A stretch of 58,598 nt of DNA, counting the filler, from Dirinaria sp. TL-2023a (Eukaryota): assembly GCA_051941275.1 (NCBI GenBank). It is 3 parts of 3 records of this genome, joined end to end, with 100 filler letters (N's around TTAATTAATTAA, not from the genome) between each part and the next. Parts side by side here need not be neighbours in the genome. Positions count along the whole stretch, not along the records: positions 1 to 19,494 come from JAVEBF010000332.1; positions 19,595 to 39,046 come from JAVEBF010000333.1; 1 more part is not named here. The stretch is one strand, 5' to 3'. Below are positions 10,165 through 21,882 of this stretch, piece after piece. The position numbers and the translations under genes are program-made. The number at the start of each line of letters is the position of its first letter. Positions within the stretch are counted from its first letter, which is position 1. The notes beneath the pieces are model-generated. The model was given only the letters and a program-made list of their open reading frames with translations, was not told the origin of the DNA and ran no database searches.

Positions 10165-13100
10165 ACAGCATACATATGCTCTTATTCAAACTCACACTTA
10201 CACATGTACATAGGGTGGTTTGGGGAACGTAATTGTAGGATGGAGTTACGATTGACCTTACTCAGGAACACTTGGTCTCCGTGCACCAAACCCTCTTCCG
10301 ATAGAGTAGAACGCAAGCAATGCAAGCCTACTAGAGGACGGTATCTTGTGTCAACGTGAAAAGTCTTACTCTTTAATAAGTGATCCCACAGGAAGGGGTA
10401 CTAGATGCGCGTGTGTTGCTTTTCCAAGTCGTTACGAGGATCTGTCCTTATAGTAGCTCTAACTCATTGGGCAGAGGGTTTGGTAATTGGAAAAGCTGAC
10501 TGAGAAAACTTGGAACAAGGTTCGTGCGTCTGAGCTAAGTAGCTGTACCCAAGGTACCAACATATTGACGAGAGTACATAGACTCGTGAATTGATAGCGC
10601 TACAAATTGAGCGTCTCTGGTGTAGATGTCGCCGTTGCCTCTAGGTTACCTGAGTAAATGGGTCATAATAGCTTATACTCAACAACGAAGGTAGTGGTCT
10701 CTGCGCATTGGCAGCCATAGCTTTGCTAACCTAAGCAAAAGCGACATCTGTAAGTACTAAAGCGGACAGTCTGAGTTGCTAGCCCCTGGTGCAGCAAAGT
10801 ATGGCAGATGCGGAGCAGAATGCCATTTGAGCAATACAACAGTCTAGGTATCCCTTTCAATCCACTATCTTGTTTCATTATCAAGGTTTCGGATGCAACC
10901 AGTTTCAATCCCCGGAGACAATGATGCACCATTCCAGAGGAGATGCCATGGCAGGAGAAAATAGAGCATTAGATTGAAGAATCCAGACTGAGAATCTAGC
11001 CCGGCCAAAGGGTTTACTGGACGCTTTCACTAGAAGCTAACAGTATGTCGGTGTAGATACTTCGAAGGTGTGAGAAATGGAGGAGCTTACAAAGAGCGAG
11101 CTCAATAATTCGGTTGCACTCTGATCATAAAGACCCCATGAGCACAAACAAATTTACTCAATTTACTGTTGTCCCATAGAACGCGACGGGGCGCTTTGGA
11201 GTGGGGCTTGCAGCTTGCTAGAGGTAAGCGTTATCGCATTAGCAGCGACTACGATTTTCCGGTTTAGCATACTCTTGCTTGGTAATCGTAGAATGACTGC
11301 ACCTGAACACATTGCTGTGTACTCGTACGAAAAAAGAAGTACATATTCCGAAATAACGACCTCGGAAATGGGCTCTGCGGAAAGTGAAGTTGTGGTAGAT
11401 GGAATAGGCAGCGGTCATTCCGACCACTCTGGTCCTTCAATGGCTGAAAAGACTGCCGTGATGTGAGAGATGCTCGTAACGTAATAACCATGTTATCGCC
11501 TTTGCGCACGGTAGAAGGCGGTGCAACACGACGATGAAAGGCCCCATCTTCTTCGCACTCTAGCTGCAGGGATCTCTTTCGAATTTTGGGGTAGCCACTG
11601 CCTAGTATCATCAAACGTGAATCAGACATCACTTGATATCATTGAGACATCCAACAAGGAAAAGCAAGGAATCTCGAGAGCCCAGCAATTTCGGCAGCCA
11701 ACAAGGGAGCCACCTCCGGTTCACAGCCACTCCGGCCTGAAGGGAGTCGAGTGTTAGCAATTCCCTCCTCAATCATATTGGATCTTCAAGTGTTTTCATT
11801 GGAGGCTTTTAGTAGGCAGCAGCCTCCCGTCACATGGCATTGAGTTTCGGGACCTGCATAGGCCAGCAAGCCGCATGCTGCTTTGCGAAACCGTTTGAGG
11901 TACATCGGCAGGGTACTATAGTCGAATGTGATCGGCCAATCAAGGACTCCAGGCTCGCGGCAGTTGAGCGCATGCTGACAACTGCCTCTTTATCATCCTC
12001 GAATGAGCACCTTAAGAGTCTAGTGATGCAGAGAGGCGACATACGCTCGGGATTGGAGACGAACTGCTCCTGTTCTATGTATATCTGCGTCTCGTGGGAG
12101 CCGAAGGTGATCGACAGCACCAGAGGGAGGGTGCATCTGTTGGTAGCCAATGAGGGCTGTGATAGAAGGTCGCTGGCCTGACCGGCAGTTGACCGCGCCC
12201 TATTTTCCGGATCAGAATATGATACCTATCGTCGATCCGGCACAGCCTTCAGTAAATCCTGATAGAACTTGGTGTGGAAGACGCCACTTTGATTTGAGTA
12301 CGATGGCTTTCCTGATTGACTGCTCCAACATCGCCTATCTGGTTCGTGAAACTTCTCCCGCGAAAGCTGCAATACTGGGATTGCGTGAACAAGTGGCGAA
12401 TCAGACGCTGAATGAGCCTCTGCCCCTGAGAACGCTCTAAACAAAATCCAGAGACGCTACGCTAGCTAGGGGCAAGCCTCACCTGTAATGATCTTCACTT
12501 TCCCACTACTACCCTAAGTTGCCATCATCTCAAACTCTCCTCTCCCAACCTCGGCAGATCGAGATCATTACAGAGCTGAAACTTGCGCCGCGACAACGGC
12601 CGCTGCCCGCCGACCGGCGGCGTGATTTGCCCTTTGGGAAATGCTAGCTCATCTTTCCTTTCACATCATTGCTCAGGGTCTTGATCTTACTACTGTTTTC
12701 TCGGCTGGCCCCTGGAAAGGGGACGGCAACAACGCCCGGTTGGGCTAACAGTCAGACCTTTTCCTGAATTTGGAGACAACATCAAACCGGACGAAGTTCA
12801 AGGAATGGAAGGAAGCAGCAAGTGCTGTCTGAAACCTGTCAGCCTGCAAATGACACAGCGCCCAAAGGGTTCTTGATTGAGTAATCGTAAGACCGTCCCA
12901 CGGCCGAAAACATGGCCATTCAGCGAGTGAAAAGGAGTTGCGATATTACTCTTCCGCGGGATAAATCATGTCGGGGCTGTTGGCGATGGGCGTATTTTTG
13001 GGTCAAGACTAGGTACGAGTACCTTTTCGCTCCGGAGATAAGTCGAATGGAAGGAATACTAAGGTAATCGCCATTGATCAGCTGAATGCGAATACCATAC

Positions 13101-14585
13101 GGAGAGAGAATAGTGTGCGGACTGAGCAGGATGGCCACTTGCGCTAAGTTTGACTTTTTTGCTATCAGATTTCCTCCCCGCAGCGAAGTGCTTTGACTCC
13201 AGAACCCTTTTCACGACACCACGAGCCGGTGGGAACACGGCGGAACGCGTCCAAACCCTTCGCTATCTCCCTCATGCGGACAAGAAGCCGGTTCTGGACA
13301 CGGATGGGTGGAAAGGGAAGAGCTGCAACTCGGCGCTTGTTCTCTACATGTACTCTTCCTGTTGCGCTTGCTGACCGAATTGCGCCACAACGCACCTTTC
13401 TCAAACAGACGCGACATTGAAAAAGCTCAGACATTTTCTTCCATTGTTCCTTACAGTAGCTCATCTCACCCTTCCATTAGCACCTGAGCTATGCGCCATT
13501 CCAGCTAGTCAACACTACTAACCACCTTACCTTATTGTGAATGTTGCGCATATCCTCCAAACCTTCTAGCCACCTCATCCAATTGGATGCCTTAAATGCG
13601 GGTCTTTCTCCTGTACTAATGACGATTGAAGTATTATTTTCTGAACTTCAGCTCCAAGTGGCGCACCATCCCACACCATTAGGGCTCAGTGGTGAGGTAA
13701 GCATAGCCAAATCACCGTTCTCTATACTTCCGTCTGCTGAATAATGAAACGAAGTCGAAGCATGCAAACGCTCTTTTGTACATACGTATGTCATTCCTTG
13801 GACTTGCAGACCATTGTTCTTCGGAGTTAGTCCCTGAATCGACGATCTCTTTCTTGCATCGGATCCTTTACTGTCGCATACTGCATGAGGCAACAACCCA
13901 CTGCGTCTACAATTAGATCGGCTTCCGCCTTGCATTCGCATTCAGCCCCAGCCATCTATCGCGTTTGATCAATTCAGCAAGCATCCTCCCAACTACGAGC
14001 TGATCGCAGCTCGGAAGGTAAGGGCAAGCCTGCTGGGACGAGGAGGTCAATCGCCCTGACTTGGAGCGTTCTCGCTGTACAGCTCTTGGTTTCGCTGGCC
14101 GACTTTGAGCAACTACCAAATCTACAAATGCTGGGTTTTGCCCGGCATGAAATAATATCATTGACCACTTACTTCCTGCAGCAGGAAAGATCCTTGCAGC
14201 CACCCCAGACAGTTGCCCTCACTCCGTCCTCACTTTTCATTTGTACAAAAGTTAGAGAAGCCTCGCTGTTTTGGTCCTCTACGAGGGTCCTGGCAGCATA
14301 TATGCCTATAGTCCTCACCTTTATTACTGGTGAGCCCCTCTGAGATTATGAATGCGCGCGGCGGAGCTGTATTTATTAGCCCTAACCGCATCTCCAGAAG
14401 CCAGCAGCGTTCACCAATAATTGCGTCATCGTCATCCGAAACAGCCATTGCCCGCATTCTATTACATAGTCGCCGACGTCGAGAAGCTGGCCTTGTACGT
14501 GACACCGCCCCTGAGCCCTGAGGCGGACCGGGACCCGCTGCTGGGTACGGCCTCGGGCATATCGAAGTCTGGTCCCTTGGTTGGT

Positions 14586-15893
14586 ATGGAAGGCGATGAC
14601 TCGCAAAGACAGCATTATGGGCAGGATAACTATCAACGAGAGCTTTTGCCAAATTTCAGGGGCCAAAATCCTGCGGCTGTTCCAGGTGGGACTGTGTACA
14701 ACATCCAAGACATGAGACGCGGGCAGAGAGCCGACGCAACCGAGAGGTTCGGGCAGGCTCAGATGCTTGGGCAACACACTCCGACATCTGGATCGATTTC
14801 CGCAACAGGAAGTCACCACATGACTGGGTATGGCTTTCCACAAGGACAGCAATATCAGATGCAGGGTGACCCTTTACAATACCACCAAGGCTATCCGCAG
14901 CAACCGCAGCGGCAGCAGCAGTTTCCGAATTACACGTCACAGATGGCGCACAATGTGCCTCAACATGCCCAACCACAGTCCCCCTATGACACTATGCCAC
15001 AATACCAACCGCGGCAGTCCGCAGCGATTGAAGTGTTGCCAACTCAATTTGGCGATCCACAGTTCTACAGTCCTGGCGATGCGACCAGCGCACCGGGACC
15101 TGCATCAATCTCTCAACAGTACGCCTCTGCAAATTTTCCGCAGCAAGTCCAATATCAGTCAGGAACTGTCGATCGTCCGGTAATGTCCAATCCGTACCAA
15201 CAAACTATGGCCGAGTACAGCCAAGCCGAGGCACAGCCGAGTGAAGGCCAGCCTGAACAGGAGGAAATCCAGGATATTGACGACTATGAACGGTATCAAG
15301 GAGATCTCAGGCAGATAAATCAGGACATCAGTGAAGGCAAGCTGAACGAGGCTGGACCCCGATTGCTGGATCTCTCACGGTGGTTGCTCGGGCATGTTGG
15401 CCAGCTAGGTATGCCTATAGTCCCTGAGCGGATCGCAAAATGGCTGACATAGCTAAAGGCCTGAATACAGATAGGCGAGAAGTGTACGGAGACGTCTACG
15501 AGGAGCGACTCAAGCTTTGGAATGAGTTCAATCTTTGCTGGGAAGGCCTTCTGCAGCGACAAAAGGACAACACCCAGCGAATGATTGACTCCGGCCAGTC
15601 TCCCCCCTCCCCCCAAAGCATCTTGGACAAGTCATTCCTTAATAGAATGGGTGACGAGCTGGTGCAGCTGTGCGACGACGTCGAGCAACATGGCTTGGTA
15701 GATTATGAAATGGGTGTTGCCGAAGAGCTGATCGTCAGCAGTACGTACCCAGCAGACTAAGTGCCCTTTTTTAAGCCGTCAGACGGTAGCGACTGATATT
15801 GGCGCAGCTTTGACCCAGTGCCTCGACCTTCTGGAGGTCGTAGATGGCACCCCTGAAGCAGAAGCCACACCCACAGCGGCGCCGTCAGTATAA
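14586..15893 (+). CDS. Conserved hypothetical protein, Gln/Pro-rich N-terminus plus helical C-terminal domain; exons 14586-15408, 15459-15740, 15808-15893
   Basis: Two canonical introns (GTATGC..GCTGAC..AAG; GTACGT..ACTGAT..CAG) join the ORFs in frame; C-terminal RLKLWNEFNLCW...HGLVDYEMGVAEE...QCLDLL resembles uncharacterised Pezizomycotina proteins (recall). Confidence 0.8.
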
Positions 15894-18157
15894 AGCTAAC
15901 GCATCTAATCTCACTATCACGAAGTCCAGTTTCAACCCAGTTTCAACCACGTACATACCATTACTATTCTGACCGCACATCAGCACTTTGCTTTGTATTA
16001 ACTTTAACAGCATCACGCGTTATGTATCATGGCATGGAGAGTTGCAGGGCAACGGAGCGACAGGCGTTTTGGTCCAGGCCACATTGGTCGAACAATACCC
16101 CTTACAGGTACCTATCGAGTATCGCATAATTGTACACTACTCTCCCCTTCGGAACAGCAGGCCATTCGTTAGCAACATCTGGCGTCCAGTCAAGATACTA
16201 GATTAGAAGGGAGCGACTACACTCCGCAAGGAGTACATGGGTAAAACGGAGTCTCTGGAAAGAGACTACGAAAAGAATGGAGCTGTCGGACTTAGAAGCG
16301 CCTGGGCCCCTAGGGGACTTTTGTAGATCAGATTTGAAGCTTTTGTGTGGCAATGAGATAGGAGCATGGCGGTCGAGTGACTAGCAATATCGCATACTTT
16401 TGATTGGTTCCTGAGCACAATCTCCCTTGCAAAGTGCCATGCCTTTTCGCTTTCAGAGAGGCTCGAGAGACGGGAGAAGACTTGCATGATTGATACGAGC
16501 CGCGCAGTCCATGTCAGACCCCTTGGTTGGCAATCAACGCTTGGACTGTCGCCGAAGCGAAGCAAATGAAATTTTCGTGTCCTCAACTCTGGGTCCCGAT
16601 GCAGCAGCACAGACATTTCTCGGTTGTGCAGACGCAGTACTGTAACGTACATAGTCGCTTTGCTTTTGAAGCCTGTTCAATCATCGATATGACTCGCCAG
16701 CCCGTGTCGCATTTCGATACATACATGGGTCAATCGCTGAGCGTCTAAGGAATACCGAAGCACGGCTTCCAACAACCCACGCCCCTTAGACGCTAAAGAT
16801 AATGTAAGTCGCCAATAATTATTCCCTTGTGTGTACCTCCGTACCTCCGTAGAGCGTGTCACACGCCACTTTCTCTTTTTCTTTTTGTTCTTGTTTCTTT
16901 TGGATTTCGATCTTCTCCCGAGTCACACCCTCACCCGGCCTCAGAAGCAAGTATTGTAGTGCCTCACTGCAGAAGTAGAAGCAGCACAAAGCATAAGCGA
17001 CGCCTCATGGCAGCATGAGACTCCATCCCGAGAATTGATCGACACCTTGCATAGGTACCTTAGCCAAAAGGCTTGCCTCACCCTTAGTATACTGTAGGTT
17101 AGTACGCAGGAAGTCAACCCGTCAGTCTGGCGCAGCTTTATCCTTGCCTGTCGATCGCCACTGCAACGGCTAACGGGGTACTGCCTGTCTAATGTACGTA
17201 TTCAAATGCATGTCATGCACACGCGGCAGCCTTATTTTTCTTTTTTTGGTGTGAGATGACTGGGGTTGCCCGAGTTGGGGAATTAGGGATGGCAACGTTG
17301 AAGAAGGAGCAGCAGCAAGAGGCAAGGTTGGGTAAGGTATTAGATTGGGAAGAAGTGCAGGTTTGGGTTTCGGGGGGTTGATATTTCAGAAGTTGATGTG
17401 ATTGGTTGCTTGCAGAAAGGGTGGTTGATGATCTTTGCTGCTTTTGGAAGAGAAAACGAGCAACATGGAAAGCTAGGGCAGATGGTGGTCAAATGGTGAG
17501 GCTGAGATGGTTGGCTCCAAGGAAATGATAAGGATGATGAAATGAATTGTGAAGACTGAGCTGTGATTATACGGCAGGATATACTAGAAAGCTGGAAGGG
17601 GAAAAATACTGAAGGAATCTATATCCACATTACGCGTACACTGCGGTATGCAATTGTTCAGGGCAGTACTCGTACAGGGCTTACTGGTCTCTATTCCCAG
17701 CGGTTGCAATACGAGCACAGGACGAAATTCGAACATGCTCAAGCTAAGGCGCCATTGAATGTTCTGTGGTTCTATAGCTCCGCGAGTTGGCCCAAGTCTC
17801 ATGGTGGAAGCGAAATGCTCGTTTAGACTCCATGCGAACCGACAGGAATGTCTCATTAATTTATGGTGACCTTGCGAGCAATTGAAGTCCTCCCAGCTGA
17901 TCAACGGGCTCCCACGCGTAAATTCGATAAGTGGTAGAAGGCAGTGCTCTTTCCTGGTAGGACTGGCTATTCGTAGCGCTTCTGTTAGAGTCACTAATTT
18001 TCACGTGATGGTGGTCACAATATCACCGCAAGAACACGAGGATACTTCTCAGGGTCAAGCGTACGGAGGCCGTATGATGTATGCCTTTCGTAGCCTGTGT
18101 GGACAAATTTATAGAATGCTCTCATGAACGGAATGCCTTTGCTCGGATATCTGATCC

Positions 18158-19074
18158 TCAGATTTGCTCTAGACCAATAATCAGCCAATTGTAAACTTCG
18201 TCCACTTGCGTCACATCTCAGGCTTGTCGTTATCTGCGAAGTGGGCTTCGATTCGAGCAACAGCCATTGATCAATAGCCATGATGAAAATGCAGAACCAC
18301 TTACCCAGTGTCATACTCGTCGAAACATCCGTACTCTCTACCATTTTCGTGAATTCCTCGAAGCTGATCTTCCCATCCCGATCTAGGTCTGCCTCCATGA
18401 TCGTTTTATCCACAATCTAACACCACATTGTCAGGCTAACCGCTGATATCGTCTACGACGTTCATTGATTTCTAGAATTGCCCATGCTTCCAAGGGATTA
18501 CTCACCTGCTGCAATTGTTGATCCTTCAGATTACTCCCGACCATCATCTTGAGCACGATAAAAAGCTCCCCGTTACTGATATAGCCGTCGCGATCGATAT
18601 CGTAGACCTTGAAGGCAAAGTGCAGCTTTTCTTCCTTATTGCCTTTGCTACTGAAGGCGCTCAGGCCAGAGACGAACTCTTGGAAGTCGACGTCACCGCC
18701 GCCATCCTCGTCAAAGATCGCTATCATTCTGCCAATTCAACAGGCGCAGTGATTAGTATGTTTCGTGTATCAAACAGTAGGGGAGTGAGGGAGATGGTAC
18801 CTAGTTGCTAAGGGATTCGAGGAGACTTGAGGAAGAGAGAGGAATTCGTCGCGCTCTATTGTCCCCGAGTTGTCCTTGAAGGGCGTGAGCTGCGCTGCTC
18901 ATGTATGAGGAAACGGGCCAAAGGACTTTATCTAATTTCATAAACCTCTTTCGTAACCTATCCACTTCATCCCTGTCGACTATTCGAGAGTATCGTTAGC
19001 CGCAATGCCAACATTTGGGTATGTAGCAGATACGCCTTCTTACAGTTTGAACCTTGGATTATGCTCTCCAGCAT
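18158..19074 (-). CDS. CNB1: Calcineurin regulatory subunit B; exons ..19074-19044, 18979-18927, 18874-18801, 18728-18506, 18416-18305, 18168-18158 (start uncertain)
   Basis: Spliced product [63 protein letters not shown]...[14 protein letters not shown]...[13 protein letters not shown] with four EF hands; predicted final micro-exon gives LEQI*. Confidence 0.95.
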
Positions 19075-19494
19075 TTGGCTCCCGGTGCCAAACTTCTTTC
19101 GCGCATCGTACAGCGCTGCTTGGTTCGCTTCGATTTCCTTGGTAGAAGCCAGGTTTGCGGTGATATCCTTGGATGTTGCGGTCGCAGAATCACCCGGAGA
19201 TTGGGATTTCGATCTGTAATCAGAGCTAACTCGTTATGTTAACAGTGCCACGGTACTATGTCTCTCTCTCGGAGATTCGGGTAGTGAACTGTATTCAATG
19301 GAATGCACCAGTATTCACGAGTATGAATATTGGAGGAAATAGTACTGGTGAGATACTAGTGACAGTCGGGATATGTGATCATTTTGATGGCCTTAAACGA
19401 GGCTACCCCAAGGCTACCGAGGCGCAGAATAGGGTTTAGTGGCTCCCCCATCTATTGGTCACCCCAGTACCCTAAAGGTAACAACCACGACAAC

Positions 19495-19594
19495 NNNNNN
19501 NNNNNNNNNNNNNNNNNNNNNNNNNNNNNNNNNNNNNNTTAATTAATTAANNNNNNNNNNNNNNNNNNNNNNNNNNNNNNNNNNNNNNNNNNNN
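19495..19594. other. Artificial contig spacer (N44-TTAATTAATTAA-N44)
   Basis: Exactly 100 bp of Ns with a central six-frame stop linker; identical to the spacer at 39047. Confidence 0.97.
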
Positions 19595-19948
19595 AATTAC
19601 TGATTTATTGATGCTGGAAGGAACCGACGCCGGGATTTGATATTTGATATCGTGGAGGGGAATTGGGTACTTAGTATGGGACTGTGAAGGGGAAGGCAAG
19701 GATATTCATTAATGCAAGCAAAGGGAGTGATAATGAATCCAATTCTTAATGCTTTAGAGAGAGAGAGAGAGAGTTGCACTTGCAGTTTGCACTGGTGGTG
19801 GAGTACATAATAAAGTAAGATATACTCGTAAGATACTACGGAACTTTATTATTGTGCAACTGCAGAACCCGCACTTAAACTTCCGATACCTACTCTACCC
19901 CCTTTGGTAGCGGATTCCCGTGAATGCTCTAGAATTTTCTCTCCTCTT

Positions 19949-21007
19949 CTAAGCATCGCGAGTTACCGTGCGGTGAGCAGCCGAATGATAACTCGGTGGT
20001 CTCGTGAACGTGCTGAGGAGAGCCCGTTGAGGCGGTTCCTCAAATCCATCGGATGATTGCTCCACCCGCTGCCAGTGGACCAGGTCAGGATCCACTCGGA
20101 CACTACCTCTCCACAGCCCATAAGCCGGCGGAGGCGGCGCGAGCGCTATGCTTTCATCTTCCTCCACCACAGGATGATGCTCGTCGTGCAGACCGAGTTC
20201 CTCATCACGCGTGAATGTGATCCGGATGGGCTCGCGCGGTGGTCGCGCGATGCTTGTTGCTGCTGTCTGGCGTTGCATCAGAAATGCGTCGCGGTAGTCC
20301 TGCCGGCTTTTGGGGGCCGCGGCAAGCATGCACAGGCGGATCAAGTCGTGGCAGAAAATGATGCTGAGGAGGACGATGAGCACGAGCGAGACCGCGTGGA
20401 ACGCGGGCTTGGTGACGGTCTTTGAGATTCTGAGAGCGAGGTCTGTACACGTGGAAGGTAAGCGAACGAGTGTTTTTTTATTCTCGAAGGACTCTGTCTT
20501 GAGAACCATACAGGTTGTCACAGCCACGCAGAGCAAGATGCCGGATATCAGAGTCCACATCGCCCTTCTCCTGACTGGAGAGGCTTTGATCCATGGAAAG
20601 CACTTCCGCCTGTCGTTGTTGTGGCGAGGCTTCATCCTTGGTCGACTCAATGCCAGCCGAGTTCTTGTTTTGGTACGGCACTGTACGCCTACCACCTCCT
20701 CGCTTTCGTACCTTGTACCTGGGATCGGTGACAACGGCTGTAACTGCGAACGCACGAATACTCCGGACCGTGGCGATTCGGATCCAACATTGGGCGAAGA
20801 GGTGGGGTCGATGATTGATCGAGTCGATGAAGGGGACCTCCGACCAGGACGATTTGCAAAGCGGTCTTGCGTTCGCCAGGTCTTGGGAGGGCCCACAAAC
20901 ATGCGTGAATGCTCGCCGCTCATCACAGAGTGGCCATGGAACCAAGCGGAGAATCTCGAGGATGCTTGAGAGGATGAGCCGGTCCGCCTTTGAGTCCGTA
21001 CGGGCAT
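19949..21007 (-). CDS. Conserved hypothetical two-TM membrane protein; exons 21007-20512, 20442-19949 (start uncertain)
   Basis: Ser/Arg-rich N-terminus, two hydrophobic helices (WTLISGILLCVAVTT|YLAL; FHAVSLVLIVLLSIIFCH), PPPPAYGLWRGSVRVDP and RPPSY motifs; probable 69-nt intron. Confidence 0.7.
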   Translation of the reverse strand: MPVRTQRRTGSSSQASSRFSAWFHGHSVMSGEHSRMFVGPPKTWRTQDRFANRPGRRSPSSTRSIIDPTSSPNVGSESPRSGVFVRSQLQPLSPIPGTRYESEEVVGVQCRTKTRTRLALSRPRMKPRHNNDRRKCFPWIKASPVRRRAMWTLISGILLCVAVTTCMVLKTESFENKKTLVRLPSTCTDLALRISKTVTKPAFHAVSLVLIVLLSIIFCHDLIRLCMLAAAPKSRQDYRDAFLMQRQTAATSIARPPREPIRITFTRDEELGLHDEHHPVVEEDESIALAPPPPAYGLWRGSVRVDPDLVHWQRVEQSSDGFEEPPQRALLSTFTRPPSYHSAAHRTVTRDA

Positions 21008-21882
21008 GCTGGAGAGTCGATTCACCAACTCGTGATGACGAATCTCAGGTTCGCTTCCAGTTTTGGAAGAAAAATTCACGAGATAGCAAGCGCAACAGTC
21101 ATATGCTTGCGCGCGCAATGCGTGTTGCAGGCCAGCTACAAGGACGCGTTTGTTGACACGATGATCTGCTGGGTGTTTACGACTACCAGCAAAAAGGGTG
21201 CTCCAGGTGATGACAGGGCCGAAGGAACGATAGCCAAGCGATTGTGCTATGGCTACCAGACTGAAACAGCCATTACTCGTTGGCCAGGAGTAGTCCAGGG
21301 GAGAAATGAACTGTACACGGCCGAAGCCAAGAACACATATGAAAGCATTATGAGAAGGTAGTCGAAACACCGAAAAGGAAGGATCGAACAGAATTGACTA
21401 CTTTCTTACAAACAGCATTAGGAAGGAGAATGCGGGGCAAGAACCGCGAGTAAGAAGACCAATGCACCGAACGAGAACGGAACTTTCTGAGACATGAGAA
21501 GGCAAAGATCTGGCAGTCAGTGCAATATGATGCATGATGCTCACGTGTTTACGCGCTTCGCGACTGGGTTGGCATATGTACTGTAGATAGGCGTATGCGT
21601 CAAGCAGGGGCATGTTCAGTAGATATGGTTTGATATAGCTCGATAGGGCTTAGTCTGAGTTCGAGATTCTCGGATCTCGTCCAATCAATCTCTCCAAAGG
21701 TGACCATCCTAAAGACAACGCTCTGACCTTTATGTGTGTCTGCGTCATCTCAAGCATTGAATGCTACAATATCTGATCGCAGCAAGGTTGAATTACTGCG
21801 ACAGCATGCTTCGTTGACAAAATCAACCAATTCCAAAACGATCTGTCCCAAATCAAAAATATGCAAAAGCTGTCGTGCCAGC

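Noticed and set aside
18169..18304. Long last intron of calcineurin B as a second snoRNA host
   Set aside because: No RTGATGA box C on the sense strand and no evident rRNA guide.
19539..19550. TTAATTAATTAA palindrome inside the N runs (also 39091-39102)
   Set aside because: Artificial six-frame stop linker added during assembly, not biological.
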